Below the pieces are notes generated by a model that was not told the DNA's origin, searched no databases, and was given only the letters and a program-made list of their open reading frames with translations. The position numbers and the translations under genes were made by a program. 64,000 bases of DNA from a virus: IMG/VR virus record IMGVR_UViG_3300026116_000003, positions 10,136-74,135 of that record; one strand, written 5' to 3'. How positions within the stretch are numbered: the first letter of the stretch is position 1; each line of letters starts with the position of its first letter. Positions 40,499 through 49,498 of the stretch are shown here, in pieces.

Positions 40499-42028
40499 TT
40501 ACGCTGCCTTCGCCTTCTCAAAGTTCATCGTCGGGAGCGCCAGAACTTCTTCTGCTTCCACATTGCCAGTCGGAACTGGAGCCTGTCCGGCGTAGTTCGC
40601 CGGGCGTTGCGCCACTTCTGCACCACCAGCCAGCCGCGCCAGACTCTTCAGTTCGCCGAGCGGACGGTTGTTCAAGTCCTCCTTCGAGAAGGAATTATTC
40701 TTGTTGGCGGTAATGATATCCACGAGCCGCTGCTTCTCTTCGTTGTGGAGCGCCATGCTATTAGTCAGCACGTCGCGCAATGCCTTGGGAGCATTCTGAA
40801 TATACTCTTCAGCCGTTATCGGAACGGGCGGCTCCTTAGGCGCCGTTGTGGGCTGAGATGTGTTGCCGACTGGAGCCGCCGCTGGAATCGCTGTCGTGCC
40901 CGTAGTCGTTGCCGCGGGCAGTGGGACAATGGTCTCCTTTGCCGGAAGCTTGATTTTCTCCAAAGACTTTAGGGGAAGCGCCTGGAGCGTGGCGCGGTCC
41001 TCTTCTACCCAACCCGCGTTGCCGATTAAGGCGTCGACGAGTGCTTTCTTTTGTTCTGCTTCAGTCATAACTGTTTTCGTTTCTTGTTTGTTTTGGTTCC
41101 CGACAAAGGCCCCTGCTACGCTGCGGTATTCAGTGACCCTTTTTACTTCTGTCGGCTCTCCTTTATCCAACGACACACCTCCATCGTCGTCGGTAGTATA
41201 GCCGAGTCTCCAAAGTTTCCCGTCTTTGGAGAAGATAAAAAAATTCGAATAGACGTCCTGCACCCAAGGCCCCGAGATTTCGCCGGACTTGGAAGCAGTA
41301 GAGAATCTGGCGCGCAGCAACTCGCCAAGCGTAGAAGAGATGTTGCCGAACGAAGACTCGTTGAGCGAGACGTCCTTGTGGACTTCGTTCCGGAGGAAGC
41401 CAGCGCCATCGGCAATAGAGCACGCGCCAACTTTGTCTGGCAGCAAAGCAAGGTGGTCCGGACGATAGTTGCGGGCAATCGCCACGTAGTCTTCTTTTTG
41501 CCACTTGCCGGGAGTCTTGTCTTCGTCGACAAAGACGCCGGTAGACAGCTCCATCATCTCGTTGGCTTTGACCGCCGCCATTATCCGCTCGTCGATTATA
41601 TCGGCTCGGGACTTTTCAATCCACGCTTCCGACTTCAGCCGCCCCTTTTCATACTTAGTATTGAGCATAACGCCCACTTTGCGATTGTTGATAATCGTGG
41701 GGTCGCATGCAGAGATACCTTGCCCGTTGAGCTCGGGATGATAGACGACTACTGGCTTGTGATTCCAAGCTGCCGGCGTCTTGCTAAGCTCTTCCTTCGG
41801 ATATAAAAGTGGCCCGTCGCTTCCGGCGTGCACTCCCTCGGTAAGTATCACCATGGGGACAACCAAGTGCTCCCGTCCTTCCAGCGTCTCGTAGCGGCAC
41901 TGATTCGGCAGCAGGTTGCAAGTGAAACTTTGAAGGTGACCCGGAGTGTTCTCGTTTCGGACTAGCTTTGACTTTCTGGTTTTATTCAGCACATTGCGGA
42001 GACTATCCTCTCCCAATGCATAAGTCAA
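40499..42028 (-). CDS. DUF2213 prohead protease / scaffold protein
   Basis: WNHKPVVVYHP, ELSTG, PDHLALLPDKVGACSIADGAG; low-complexity scaffold C-terminus; start uncertain. Confidence 0.85.
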   Translation of the reverse strand: MTYALGEDSLRNVLNKTRKSKLVRNENTPGHLQSFTCNLLPNQCRYETLEGREHLVVPMVILTEGVHAGSDGPLLYPKEELSKTPAAWNHKPVVVYHPELNGQGISACDPTIINNRKVGVMLNTKYEKGRLKSEAWIEKSRADIIDERIMAAVKANEMMELSTGVFVDEDKTPGKWQKEDYVAIARNYRPDHLALLPDKVGACSIADGAGFLRNEVHKDVSLNESSFGNISSTLGELLRARFSTASKSGEISGPWVQDVYSNFFIFSKDGKLWRLGYTTDDDGGVSLDKGEPTEVKRVTEYRSVAGAFVGNQNKQETKTVMTEAEQKKALVDALIGNAGWVEEDRATLQALPLKSLEKIKLPAKETIVPLPAATTTGTTAIPAAAPVGNTSQPTTAPKEPPVPITAEEYIQNAPKALRDVLTNSMALHNEEKQRLVDIITANKNNSFSKEDLNNRPLGELKSLARLAGGAEVAQRPANYAGQAPVPTGNVEAEEVLALPTMNFEKAKAA

Positions 42029-42256
42029 CTATTCCATTTTCCTCATCTTTTTGATGGCACTACGCGGAATGGTGAGCTGGTCCATATAGCGCCGGCGCTG
42101 GCTAACGCTAGTGGAAATAGTTACCGAATGTTTGCCTTCGTAGACGAGCAATCCCACAGAGAGGATATAGTGACGGCCGTCTCGTTGCGGGCTATCCCAG
42201 CCAGGGCTGGTAAACGAGTCCTCCCACTTAATCTGAACTACTTTAAGCTTTTTCAC
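42029..42256 (-). CDS. Small conserved phage hypothetical protein
   Basis: VQIKWEDS...SVGLLV...TIPRSAIKK pattern. Confidence 0.7.
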   Translation of the reverse strand: MKKLKVVQIKWEDSFTSPGWDSPQRDGRHYILSVGLLVYEGKHSVTISTSVSQRRRYMDQLTIPRSAIKKMRKME

Positions 42257-43058
42257 GCTTCTGTATGTAGTCGAGCAATACTCGACGGTTCGCGTCCATG
42301 TGCGTGCGGTAAGCGTTAGCGACGGAACGAGCGTGCCAGCGGTGCAGCAAGCAGAGCCACCTGTTGCGCTGAAATAATTCCCAAGCTTTGACTCGGCTAA
42401 TCTCGTCCCGGCAGCGCCACGTCACGTTCGTAATATCCAACCGGCCGGATAGCGGACAAGCTCCACGCTGATAGCGCTCCAGCATATAGATTTGCTGGTA
42501 GTCTTCCCAGCCGTAGCCGGCAAAGCGTTCATCACACCCGCCCAAGTCCAGATACTCCTGGCGCCGGCAGATAAAGTTAGTCCCGGCCGGGCGCAAGTAG
42601 GAGTTGGCCGAGTAAAAGCCGGGGTTCTCCATAATCTCCGTATAGTTGCGCTCGGTAAGGTCTTTTGTATCCAGCAGAGCAGAAGCTTTGCGGTTCAAGT
42701 AAAGCATTCCGCCATTGAACCACTCCCGCGGAGCCGCCCAAACGAGAATCGGCAAGAGCTCTTTGAAGTAACGGGGATTGGGAAGCGTGTCTATATCGAG
42801 CTTCATTATCCACTCCGACGTGGTCATCTTCGCTCCTTCGTTGTGGTAATAGCCGATGGAACGTCCCTCTTTGAAATGGATTCCGATAACGTCAACAGTC
42901 CACAAATCCGTAAAGTCTAGCTCTTTGCGCGGAGCTACTTCACCAATAAAGAAAATGAGGTGGTTTACTTCGGGGTGAGCGGCAGCCCGGATAGCTTTGA
43001 GCCATACTTTCAGCGCGTCCGGCCGGTTCCAGACGGGAGTAATAGTTGTGAGGGTCAC
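42243..43058 (-). CDS. Glycosyltransferase (GT-A fold; GT2/GT7 C-terminal motif)
   Basis: TITPVWNR, LDID, GGCDERFAGYGWED, LHRWH. Confidence 0.85.
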   Translation of the reverse strand: MTLTTITPVWNRPDALKVWLKAIRAAAHPEVNHLIFFIGEVAPRKELDFTDLWTVDVIGIHFKEGRSIGYYHNEGAKMTTSEWIMKLDIDTLPNPRYFKELLPILVWAAPREWFNGGMLYLNRKASALLDTKDLTERNYTEIMENPGFYSANSYLRPAGTNFICRRQEYLDLGGCDERFAGYGWEDYQQIYMLERYQRGACPLSGRLDITNVTWRCRDEISRVKAWELFQRNRWLCLLHRWHARSVANAYRTHMDANRRVLLDYIQKREKA

Positions 43059-43699
43059 GCCCGGTGGTGGTGCTTGGAATCGGGCCGTTTCATACGAGAA
43101 GGAGACTCCGCTACTTTTTGAATCTCTAGCTTGTGCTTAAGGCAATCGGGGCAATCTACTTCGTCCCAATACGCTGACCACAAGTGGCCAGACGGCCAGA
43201 CTTTTGGAACGCCTTGGATTCCGCAAGGAGCTCGTCCGGCTCGCAAGTAATGAACGACAAGAACAGGGTTCCTAGCGTGCGCGGGTTGCGTTGCGTCTAC
43301 TCTTGCCGCGTCCCACTCTGTTTCTTTTACTAAAGCACCAACGTCAGCCAGTGCTTTGTCAGCCCGCTCCGCTGCCTTCTTGTCGGAGTATTTCAAATCG
43401 TTGTAGCGTTTGGTGAGCTTGAGGATGTTAGCGTCCAGCGTCTCTTGCCGCGAGATATCCATCGCTTGCCGGAGCCCTTCCATATAGAATTCCAAATCGC
43501 CGAGCTCTTCGATAACGTTAGCGCGGTCGAGCGGCTTGCGGTAGATAACCGGGCGCTTAATCGCGTCGAACAGTTCTCCGGCTTCGCTGCAAATACAAGA
43601 CGACATGTGCCAAACATTGCAGTCCCAAGCGGTCAGCTCGTTCAAGATATCTTCTCCAGGCTTGGTCAGCTTCGCTACTAATTCGGGGTGAGTAATCAT
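43055..43699 (-). CDS. MazG-like nucleotide pyrophosphohydrolase
   Basis: SEAGELFD, EELGDLEFY, NILKLTKRY. Confidence 0.88.
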   Translation of the reverse strand: MITHPELVAKLTKPGEDILNELTAWDCNVWHMSSCICSEAGELFDAIKRPVIYRKPLDRANVIEELGDLEFYMEGLRQAMDISRQETLDANILKLTKRYNDLKYSDKKAAERADKALADVGALVKETEWDAARVDATQPAHARNPVLVVHYLRAGRAPCGIQGVPKVWPSGHLWSAYWDEVDCPDCLKHKLEIQKVAESPSRMKRPDSKHHHRA

Positions 43700-43953
43700 T
43701 GCGAGTTGTGGTTTTTAGTTATCCGTTTAATTTCCCTGTCAATATAGTATCTGGCCTTCTGCAAGTCCTGCAGCGCGTCCCCTTTCTCTCCAGCCCTCCA
43801 GATATATTTCATCGCATTGCCTAAGCAAAAGTTCATATGCTCGACCACTTCAATGCATTCAATCCCCGAAGGAGAGACGTTATAGTGCTTGGCGCGATTG
43901 ATTACGTCGAATCCGAGAGGAACTGGGTCCACAACTTTTAATTTGGTTTTCAT
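43696..43953 (-). CDS. DUF3310 protein
   Basis: KHYN..GIECIE, NFCLGNAMKYIWRAGEKG..QDLQKARYYI. Confidence 0.9.
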   Translation of the reverse strand: MKTKLKVVDPVPLGFDVINRAKHYNVSPSGIECIEVVEHMNFCLGNAMKYIWRAGEKGDALQDLQKARYYIDREIKRITKNHNSQ

Positions 43954-44156
43954 AGTTCAGCTTCGCGCAGCGCCGCGAGCAGCGCGGTTGATTTTGCCGC
44001 TCCTTCTCCTTGCGGAAGAGACTTGACATAATCGAACCACCGGACTGACACCAGCCGCGGCCGGAACTGCAAAATAAATTCGTTCAATACGAAGCCGTCC
44101 TTCTCTGGGTCTATCCGGTGAGCCACTGGAATCTTAATCATCTGCCCCTCGGTCAT
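43950..44156 (-). CDS. Hypothetical protein
   Basis: ATGA-coupled ORF. Confidence 0.6.
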   Translation of the reverse strand: MTEGQMIKIPVAHRIDPEKDGFVLNEFILQFRPRLVSVRWFDYVKSLPQGEGAAKSTALLAALREAEL

Positions 44157-44782
44157 ACCCGCAAGTAAAAAGCATCGCCCCAGCCGCTGCCGGTCATCTT
44201 GATTTCCTTCCGACTAAAGCCCTTCTCCCAAAAGAATGCATCGATATCCTTTAGCAACGGACACCCTATGTAGAGCTCTTTCACATTTACTTCAATATAA
44301 GCCGAATCAAATTCCCAAAACAAGTCGCCCATTCCTTTTAGCGCCAGCAGCTCGGCTCCTTGCAAGTCGATGTTGAGCAACCATCCGGGCCCTACTTCCA
44401 GCTTGTTTTGCCGGAGCAAAGTATCAACCCGAATCGTCGCCATCCGAATCGTCTTTACGTAGCGAACCGTAGGGTGCGCTTGCGCGTGCGTCCCTAGCTC
44501 GAAGAACGAAGAGCTTTGCCCATCATTAGAAGCCACATGGAAGTCTACTTGTTGATTGTCTACGTCGCTTAGGCACGCTAATAGCGCAACGGAACCGCGT
44601 ATAGGAGCGATTTTCTGCTTCAGGACGTCAAATACTTGCGGAAGAGCTTCCACCCAGATAACCCGCTCGATTCCTGCAGCTGCATAGGCTGGAGCTTCCT
44701 GTCCCTCATTTGCTCCTAAGTGGAGAACACCGGGCGGGCGGAGCGAATACTTTTTGCACAAATAGTCAAACGGTATCAGCAT
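44153..44782 (-). CDS. FkbM-family methyltransferase
   Basis: LHLGANEG, WVEA, IDLQGAELLALKG, EVN..LY. Confidence 0.88.
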   Translation of the reverse strand: MLIPFDYLCKKYSLRPPGVLHLGANEGQEAPAYAAAGIERVIWVEALPQVFDVLKQKIAPIRGSVALLACLSDVDNQQVDFHVASNDGQSSSFFELGTHAQAHPTVRYVKTIRMATIRVDTLLRQNKLEVGPGWLLNIDLQGAELLALKGMGDLFWEFDSAYIEVNVKELYIGCPLLKDIDAFFWEKGFSRKEIKMTGSGWGDAFYLRV

Positions 44783-45326
44783 AAGAATGAGCGTAGAACC
44801 ACGCGCCGGCGTCCTCCGGCTTGTCTTCCGGCAAAGTGTTTACCTCGAGAAATCTTTCCTTAGCAAAGTCCAGCACTGCTTGATGAACTCCGTAGCTCGG
44901 GTTCAAGTAGTCGTGGAAAGCCATTACTCCTTTCTCAACCAGCTTCGGATACCACGCTCGAATATCGTTCATCACGCCTTCGTAAGAATGGTCAGCGTCG
45001 ATGTAAACGAGCCGCAGGCAGCGAGCTGGAATCCGCATCGCCACTTGCACTGAATCCCCTTTAAGAAAAGTGACCGCTGTCCGTACCGATTTCATTTTCT
45101 GCTTGGCTTGAGCGAAGTTGCTATCGTGCCAGGATTGCGGACAAGACGCATCTCCTTTCTGCGTCGGCACGCAAGCCCAACGGTCGACGCAGTAAAGCGT
45201 GGAGAAAATAATCGGCCAGTCGAGCATCTCCCGGCTAAAGTTTCCCTCTGCTACTCCAATCTCAGCGATACCGCCGGGGACGTTCTTGACTAGCTGCCAC
45301 AAGTCACGTCGATATTGAATACTCAT
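44766..45326 (-). CDS. Class I SAM methyltransferase (Methyltransf_24-like)
   Basis: AEIGVAEG, VYIDADHSYEGV, GVMAFHDY. Confidence 0.88.
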   Translation of the reverse strand: MSIQYRRDLWQLVKNVPGGIAEIGVAEGNFSREMLDWPIIFSTLYCVDRWACVPTQKGDASCPQSWHDSNFAQAKQKMKSVRTAVTFLKGDSVQVAMRIPARCLRLVYIDADHSYEGVMNDIRAWYPKLVEKGVMAFHDYLNPSYGVHQAVLDFAKERFLEVNTLPEDKPEDAGAWFYAHSYADTV

Positions 45327-46267
45327 AAACCAGTCCGGTTGCCAAAAAGGTAATTCAAATAGTCATAGCCATCGCCACCTGAAGTATATTGACCTTCACG
45401 GATAATCTTCAACCCCTTTACTGGAAGCTCCAACTCGTAGAGGAGCAAAGAAAATTGAGTCTCCGGAGCGAAAACATAGTCATTCTTTTGGGCAGTATTG
45501 TAAGTATTGTGCTTCCGGTTCGTAATCAAGCCCATCCGATTAAGATTAGGGAACAAGCGCTCGGCTACTTCCCGCCCAGAGAACCAACAAAAGTCATCAG
45601 CCCATTCCATCTCGTCAAATGAGATATTGCCGCGCACGCTCCCGCAAACAAATAGGGCATTCAAGTCGTCTATGTAGCGCCGGATATCCCAAGACCAGTC
45701 TACCACGAAGTCCGGCCGCGCTCGCATAACGTAAGCATAACGAGCGCCCCGCTGGACTTCGTGCCGCTCCATGGCTTCGTAGCACGTCCGCACACGGTGA
45801 TACTGGTCAACTACGTAGCCAATCCCGGCGTCTTCCGGCAGCACGTCGTTCCCACTACACGGCGGCGGCAGTCTTCGTAATCTATTCTCCGCCTGATAGA
45901 GCTTGATTGCTTCGGCCATCTTCCGCCGGTTAAGCGCTACAGTCAGTTGGTCAGACAAGCTCTGGTCTTCGACGAACAATATCTGCTTGAGCACTTCCGG
46001 CCCGAGCAACTCGGCAATCTCCATTACTTCCGAACTGGTAACCAGACGCTCCTCTCGCACGATAGTCCTGCCTTTCTCGTGCCAGGTTAAGCGGTTGGCT
46101 GAAGAGACAACCAGCGGAGTAGACGGAGCCTTGCGAAGCATATTTTTCCACGACGTCACAATAAAGACGTCCGCTTCACTCGGCCGGGCTAAGTTGTCGC
46201 GCAAAGAGGGGAGCGAATTACGCCAACTCCCCAGCCGGCCGGATAATAAGATAGCCGTCTGGTTCAC
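45323..46267 (-). CDS. Putative glycosyltransferase (SGxxR/RxD-type)
   Basis: AILLSGRL, DVFIVTSW, YAYVMRARPD, PE motifs; cluster context. Confidence 0.6.
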   Translation of the reverse strand: MNQTAILLSGRLGSWRNSLPSLRDNLARPSEADVFIVTSWKNMLRKAPSTPLVVSSANRLTWHEKGRTIVREERLVTSSEVMEIAELLGPEVLKQILFVEDQSLSDQLTVALNRRKMAEAIKLYQAENRLRRLPPPCSGNDVLPEDAGIGYVVDQYHRVRTCYEAMERHEVQRGARYAYVMRARPDFVVDWSWDIRRYIDDLNALFVCGSVRGNISFDEMEWADDFCWFSGREVAERLFPNLNRMGLITNRKHNTYNTAQKNDYVFAPETQFSLLLYELELPVKGLKIIREGQYTSGGDGYDYLNYLFGNRTGL

Positions 46268-46509
46268 GCTCCCCGCTCGGCCATCGCTTTGTCCAGCTGC
46301 GCCACTTTTTCTGGAGTCAGCATGGCAATTACTTTTCGCGCATGCTCCGGCAGTTCCCGAAGGTGTTTGTCGCCGGGCAGTTTTAATACCCGCGATACGT
46401 CGAGCGTCAGCATCGTCATCTCGTTGATTTGGTTTTGCAGCTCGGCTAACTGCCGGCCGGCGTCCGGTTTGAGACTAGGACTAGGGTTTGGACTAGGACT
46501 TGGATTCAT
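46264..46509 (-). CDS. Hypothetical protein (start MNPSPSPNPSPS)
   Basis: ATGA overlap with the upstream GT25 gene. Confidence 0.6.
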   Translation of the reverse strand: MNPSPSPNPSPSLKPDAGRQLAELQNQINEMTMLTLDVSRVLKLPGDKHLRELPEHARKVIAMLTPEKVAQLDKAMAERGA

Positions 46510-47273
46510 AATTTTCCTTTGTTTTGGTTTGCTTCGTGCCATTCAAATTTCGTCGGGTCAAAGTCTTCCATACGTTGCGCGAACCAGTATGGGCCGAGCT
46601 TGCTGAAGCCAGAGAAGATAGTCATCCCCTTGCCGATATCCGACTTGTTGTCTCGTTGAATAACGCTGCCGGGGACGAAAGCGAAAGTTTGCAACCGCGG
46701 TTGGATTTGAATCATTGCCCAGTCAATTCCCATACTCAAGTCCAGCCACTCGTCCAGCAGGTGCAATACTCGCTCAATACTCCGGTCGCGCACGATGTAA
46801 GCGTAAGTGCAAAAAGCGCCGAACGTCCGCAAGATATGCGGGTCCTCGGTTGTCTCCGCGTCGCGCCCCAAGTCTTGCTTGTGCCAATACGGAGGGTTGA
46901 CGTGGAACGTGGCGCCGAGCCACAGGATATCCCACCAATTGCACTTCGCTAAGTACTGCTCCATATAATGCAACCGCAAGTGGAAGTCTTTGCAGAATAT
47001 CAAATCGTCTTCCATTACCCAAGCGTGCTTCTTTTGCTTGAGTGCTTCCTGCATGATTTTGACTTGAGAAAACCAGCACCCTATCGCTCCAGGAGTCCGG
47101 TTCTGCATAACTTCCACTCGCTTGGGGTTGCCCTTGTATTCGCTCGGGAGCATCCCGCGCACGCGAGTAGCGGGGATATGAGCTTCGTTGCAAGCTTTCG
47201 TCATCAAGTCCAGCCGGTCCCAACGGCTATCGAGGTTGACGAAGCGGATACAACTTTCTTCAATTAAGTTCAT
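46506..47273 (-). CDS. GT25 family glycosyltransferase
   Basis: VNLDSRWDR, GAIGCWFSQ, VMEDD, AYIV, IDW. Confidence 0.85.
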   Translation of the reverse strand: MNLIEESCIRFVNLDSRWDRLDLMTKACNEAHIPATRVRGMLPSEYKGNPKRVEVMQNRTPGAIGCWFSQVKIMQEALKQKKHAWVMEDDLIFCKDFHLRLHYMEQYLAKCNWWDILWLGATFHVNPPYWHKQDLGRDAETTEDPHILRTFGAFCTYAYIVRDRSIERVLHLLDEWLDLSMGIDWAMIQIQPRLQTFAFVPGSVIQRDNKSDIGKGMTIFSGFSKLGPYWFAQRMEDFDPTKFEWHEANQNKGKL

Positions 47274-47800
47274 AAAGTAGGGAGGCGAGCGACGAGAATA
47301 TCACCAATATATTCAGAAGAGTTGACGAAAGAGATTTCAAAGTCTGGATTGATTCTAGCCAGAGCCATCTTTACTTCGTCCAGCGCGGGGAGCTCTCCAC
47401 CGAACAAGCGCACGTCATCAATCAGTATCGTATGGTCTTTGATTTCGTGTAGAGAGATAAGCAGCAGCTCTTCTATCAAGGGACAATCTTCCACATCTCC
47501 GCTACCAGAGCCGCAAGCGTGAGCGTCGAGCCAAAACGTGCAGCGGGTCGTTACTTGCGGCAGCAAGTCCCGGAGGAACTGGCGGGAATCTGTATTGTAA
47601 ATATGGACCTTAGTCCCAAATTTCTCAAACCGGCAAGCGCACCAGCCATAGTCAAAGAGGTTGAGCTCTACCGAATAAATACATTTGAAGCCGGCGTCCA
47701 GCGCCGCTTGAATTCCATTGCCGCGATGGCTCCCCGTCTCGATAAAGACCTGGTTGCGGTAGTCGCTCAAGAAGTATTTGGGACGAGGGATTGGCATCAA
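47270..47800 (-). CDS. SAM-dependent methyltransferase
   Basis: FIETGS..G.G, SVEL, FWLDAH, ILIDDVR. Confidence 0.8.
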   Translation of the reverse strand: MMPIPRPKYFLSDYRNQVFIETGSHRGNGIQAALDAGFKCIYSVELNLFDYGWCACRFEKFGTKVHIYNTDSRQFLRDLLPQVTTRCTFWLDAHACGSGSGDVEDCPLIEELLLISLHEIKDHTILIDDVRLFGGELPALDEVKMALARINPDFEISFVNSSEYIGDILVARLPTL

Positions 47801-48549
47801 TCAAGTCTTTCCCACTCGGGCGGCACGATATCGCTCGTGTCTAAGTTCGCCCAGCCAGAAGTTATCCAGTGAGCCGGCATGATGACTTGCTTTTCTACGT
47901 TCTGGTTCAGCCACGCTCCCCACCAACTGAACGTGCTGGCAGAGCAAATATGGTGCTCGCAACCAGACATCTTTTCCAAGTCGCTTTCTTCGTCCAATCC
48001 CTCCGAGAACCGGCAATCCGAACGAGCGCCAAACGTAGTCTTGCACCACTCGATATCGTCAGAGAAGAAAAGAAACTCAGCGCCGGGAAACTGTTCCATT
48101 GCCCGCTCATACCACTCCTTCGTTACCGGAGGGTGCTTGAACATGGCTCCACGCTTGACAGTCAAGTAGTCTCCACGTCGCACGTGCACTGATACCGTTC
48201 CGAGCAACGGAATCCAGCTGAAACTAAAAGCGTTCAGAATCTGGCGCCGGTAGTCCTTGAAATACTTTTCGCTCTGCCAGTAGCCGTCGAGGATAATATT
48301 CTTGCTGCGCCAATACTCGTCGAAAGCAATCGGCGAGTAGTTGTGCCCCTTTTCTTTCAGCTTCACCCAAGCATTCTTCGAGTCCCACTTGGGGTTGACC
48401 AGGTGCTGGAGATAAATCGGATGGTCAGTAGCGTCCCGAGTCGTGCTCGGCACGGTAAAATCTAGCGCGTGCTTCCAAGCGTAAGCCATCGCAGTGGCAG
48501 CTTGAAAAAGAAAGTTGCCCATGCGCCCGACGTTGTGAAACGTAACCAT
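47797..48549 (-). CDS. GT11 alpha-1,2-fucosyltransferase-like glycosyltransferase
   Basis: GRMGNFLFQ, GYWQSEKYF, SVHVRRGDY, FFSDDIEWC, STFSWWGAWL; start MVTFHN. Confidence 0.9.
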   Translation of the reverse strand: MVTFHNVGRMGNFLFQAATAMAYAWKHALDFTVPSTTRDATDHPIYLQHLVNPKWDSKNAWVKLKEKGHNYSPIAFDEYWRSKNIILDGYWQSEKYFKDYRRQILNAFSFSWIPLLGTVSVHVRRGDYLTVKRGAMFKHPPVTKEWYERAMEQFPGAEFLFFSDDIEWCKTTFGARSDCRFSEGLDEESDLEKMSGCEHHICSASTFSWWGAWLNQNVEKQVIMPAHWITSGWANLDTSDIVPPEWERLD

Positions 48550-48622
48550 TATCGATTCTCTGTCCAGATTAAGAAGCCAACAGTGGCTAAGAACACGACC
48601 GCAACTATTGCATCGGCCCAAT

Positions 48623-49321
48623 TCATTTCATTTCCCTTAGTTTCCGTTCGATTTGTTTTGCCAGATTGCCGGTCTTATGGCACTCAGTTTTATAGTGGCT
48701 GCCGGCGTGAACTCGATGTTTGTATTGCAAACCAGGGACAAAGTAAAGTCGATTGCCATCCTTAAGCCAGTTGTAATTCTGAAACAGGCTATCTGCCGTA
48801 TGCGGGTCTACTCGACTATCCCATACGCGAGAGTATTCGTCCCGGTTAAAGAAATAGTTAGCCGTATTGAGCGCAGTAAGGAAAGAAGGGCGGTCTACAT
48901 AGCTCGCCACGTTGTGCCGGTCAATCGTCTTGCCGGCAAAGTGGCGGTAGTCAAACGAAGGCGCAGCGTAAGTTGGCAAGTAAGCCGTCTGCGAGTCCCA
49001 AGGCATTTCGTGGAAGATTGCATCCAAGTAATCTGGCCCCATTATATTATCAGAGTCAAACAAAATTACCCAGTCGCTCGGAGCTCGCTCGACAGCTTCT
49101 TTCTTGTTCCGGTAGCAGTCGAGGTTCTGCGCGTTGCGCGACAAGAGCACATTCGGATTGCCAGCGAAGTAAGCGAGCAGCTTTTCCCAGCTGCCATCGG
49201 TGCTGGCGTCGTCAGAGATAACAATCTCTCGAATCCGCGGGTCGTCTTTGACTTGAGCGATGGCTTCGAGGAGAAAGTCGAAGCGATTGAAAGTGGTTAA
49301 AGCTAAAGTAACCTGCCTCAT
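48623..49321 (-). CDS. GT2 family glycosyltransferase
   Basis: LTTFNR, IVISDDASTD, FDSDN. Confidence 0.88.
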   Translation of the reverse strand: MRQVTLALTTFNRFDFLLEAIAQVKDDPRIREIVISDDASTDGSWEKLLAYFAGNPNVLLSRNAQNLDCYRNKKEAVERAPSDWVILFDSDNIMGPDYLDAIFHEMPWDSQTAYLPTYAAPSFDYRHFAGKTIDRHNVASYVDRPSFLTALNTANYFFNRDEYSRVWDSRVDPHTADSLFQNYNWLKDGNRLYFVPGLQYKHRVHAGSHYKTECHKTGNLAKQIERKLREMK

Positions 49322-49491
49322 TTGCCCATATAAAGTCTTTCAGCTTCTTCTCTCGATACGCCCCGCGCTATCGCTTGCTTTACCGCCAGCTCGTCTGCAG
49401 CCCGCTCAGCGCGAGGATTGTCCAAGATTTCCTCATGGATTTCTTTGTCTTGCTTGACTCCGCCTTCTATATAAAACATTTCATCGCCCAT
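49318..49491 (-). CDS. 57-aa protein directly after MuF (candidate partner/immunity)
   Basis: Start MGDEMFY 7 nt after the MuF stop; RGVSREEAERLY. Confidence 0.55.
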   Translation of the reverse strand: MGDEMFYIEGGVKQDKEIHEEILDNPRAERAADELAVKQAIARGVSREEAERLYMGK

Positions 49492-49498
49492 AGTCTTA

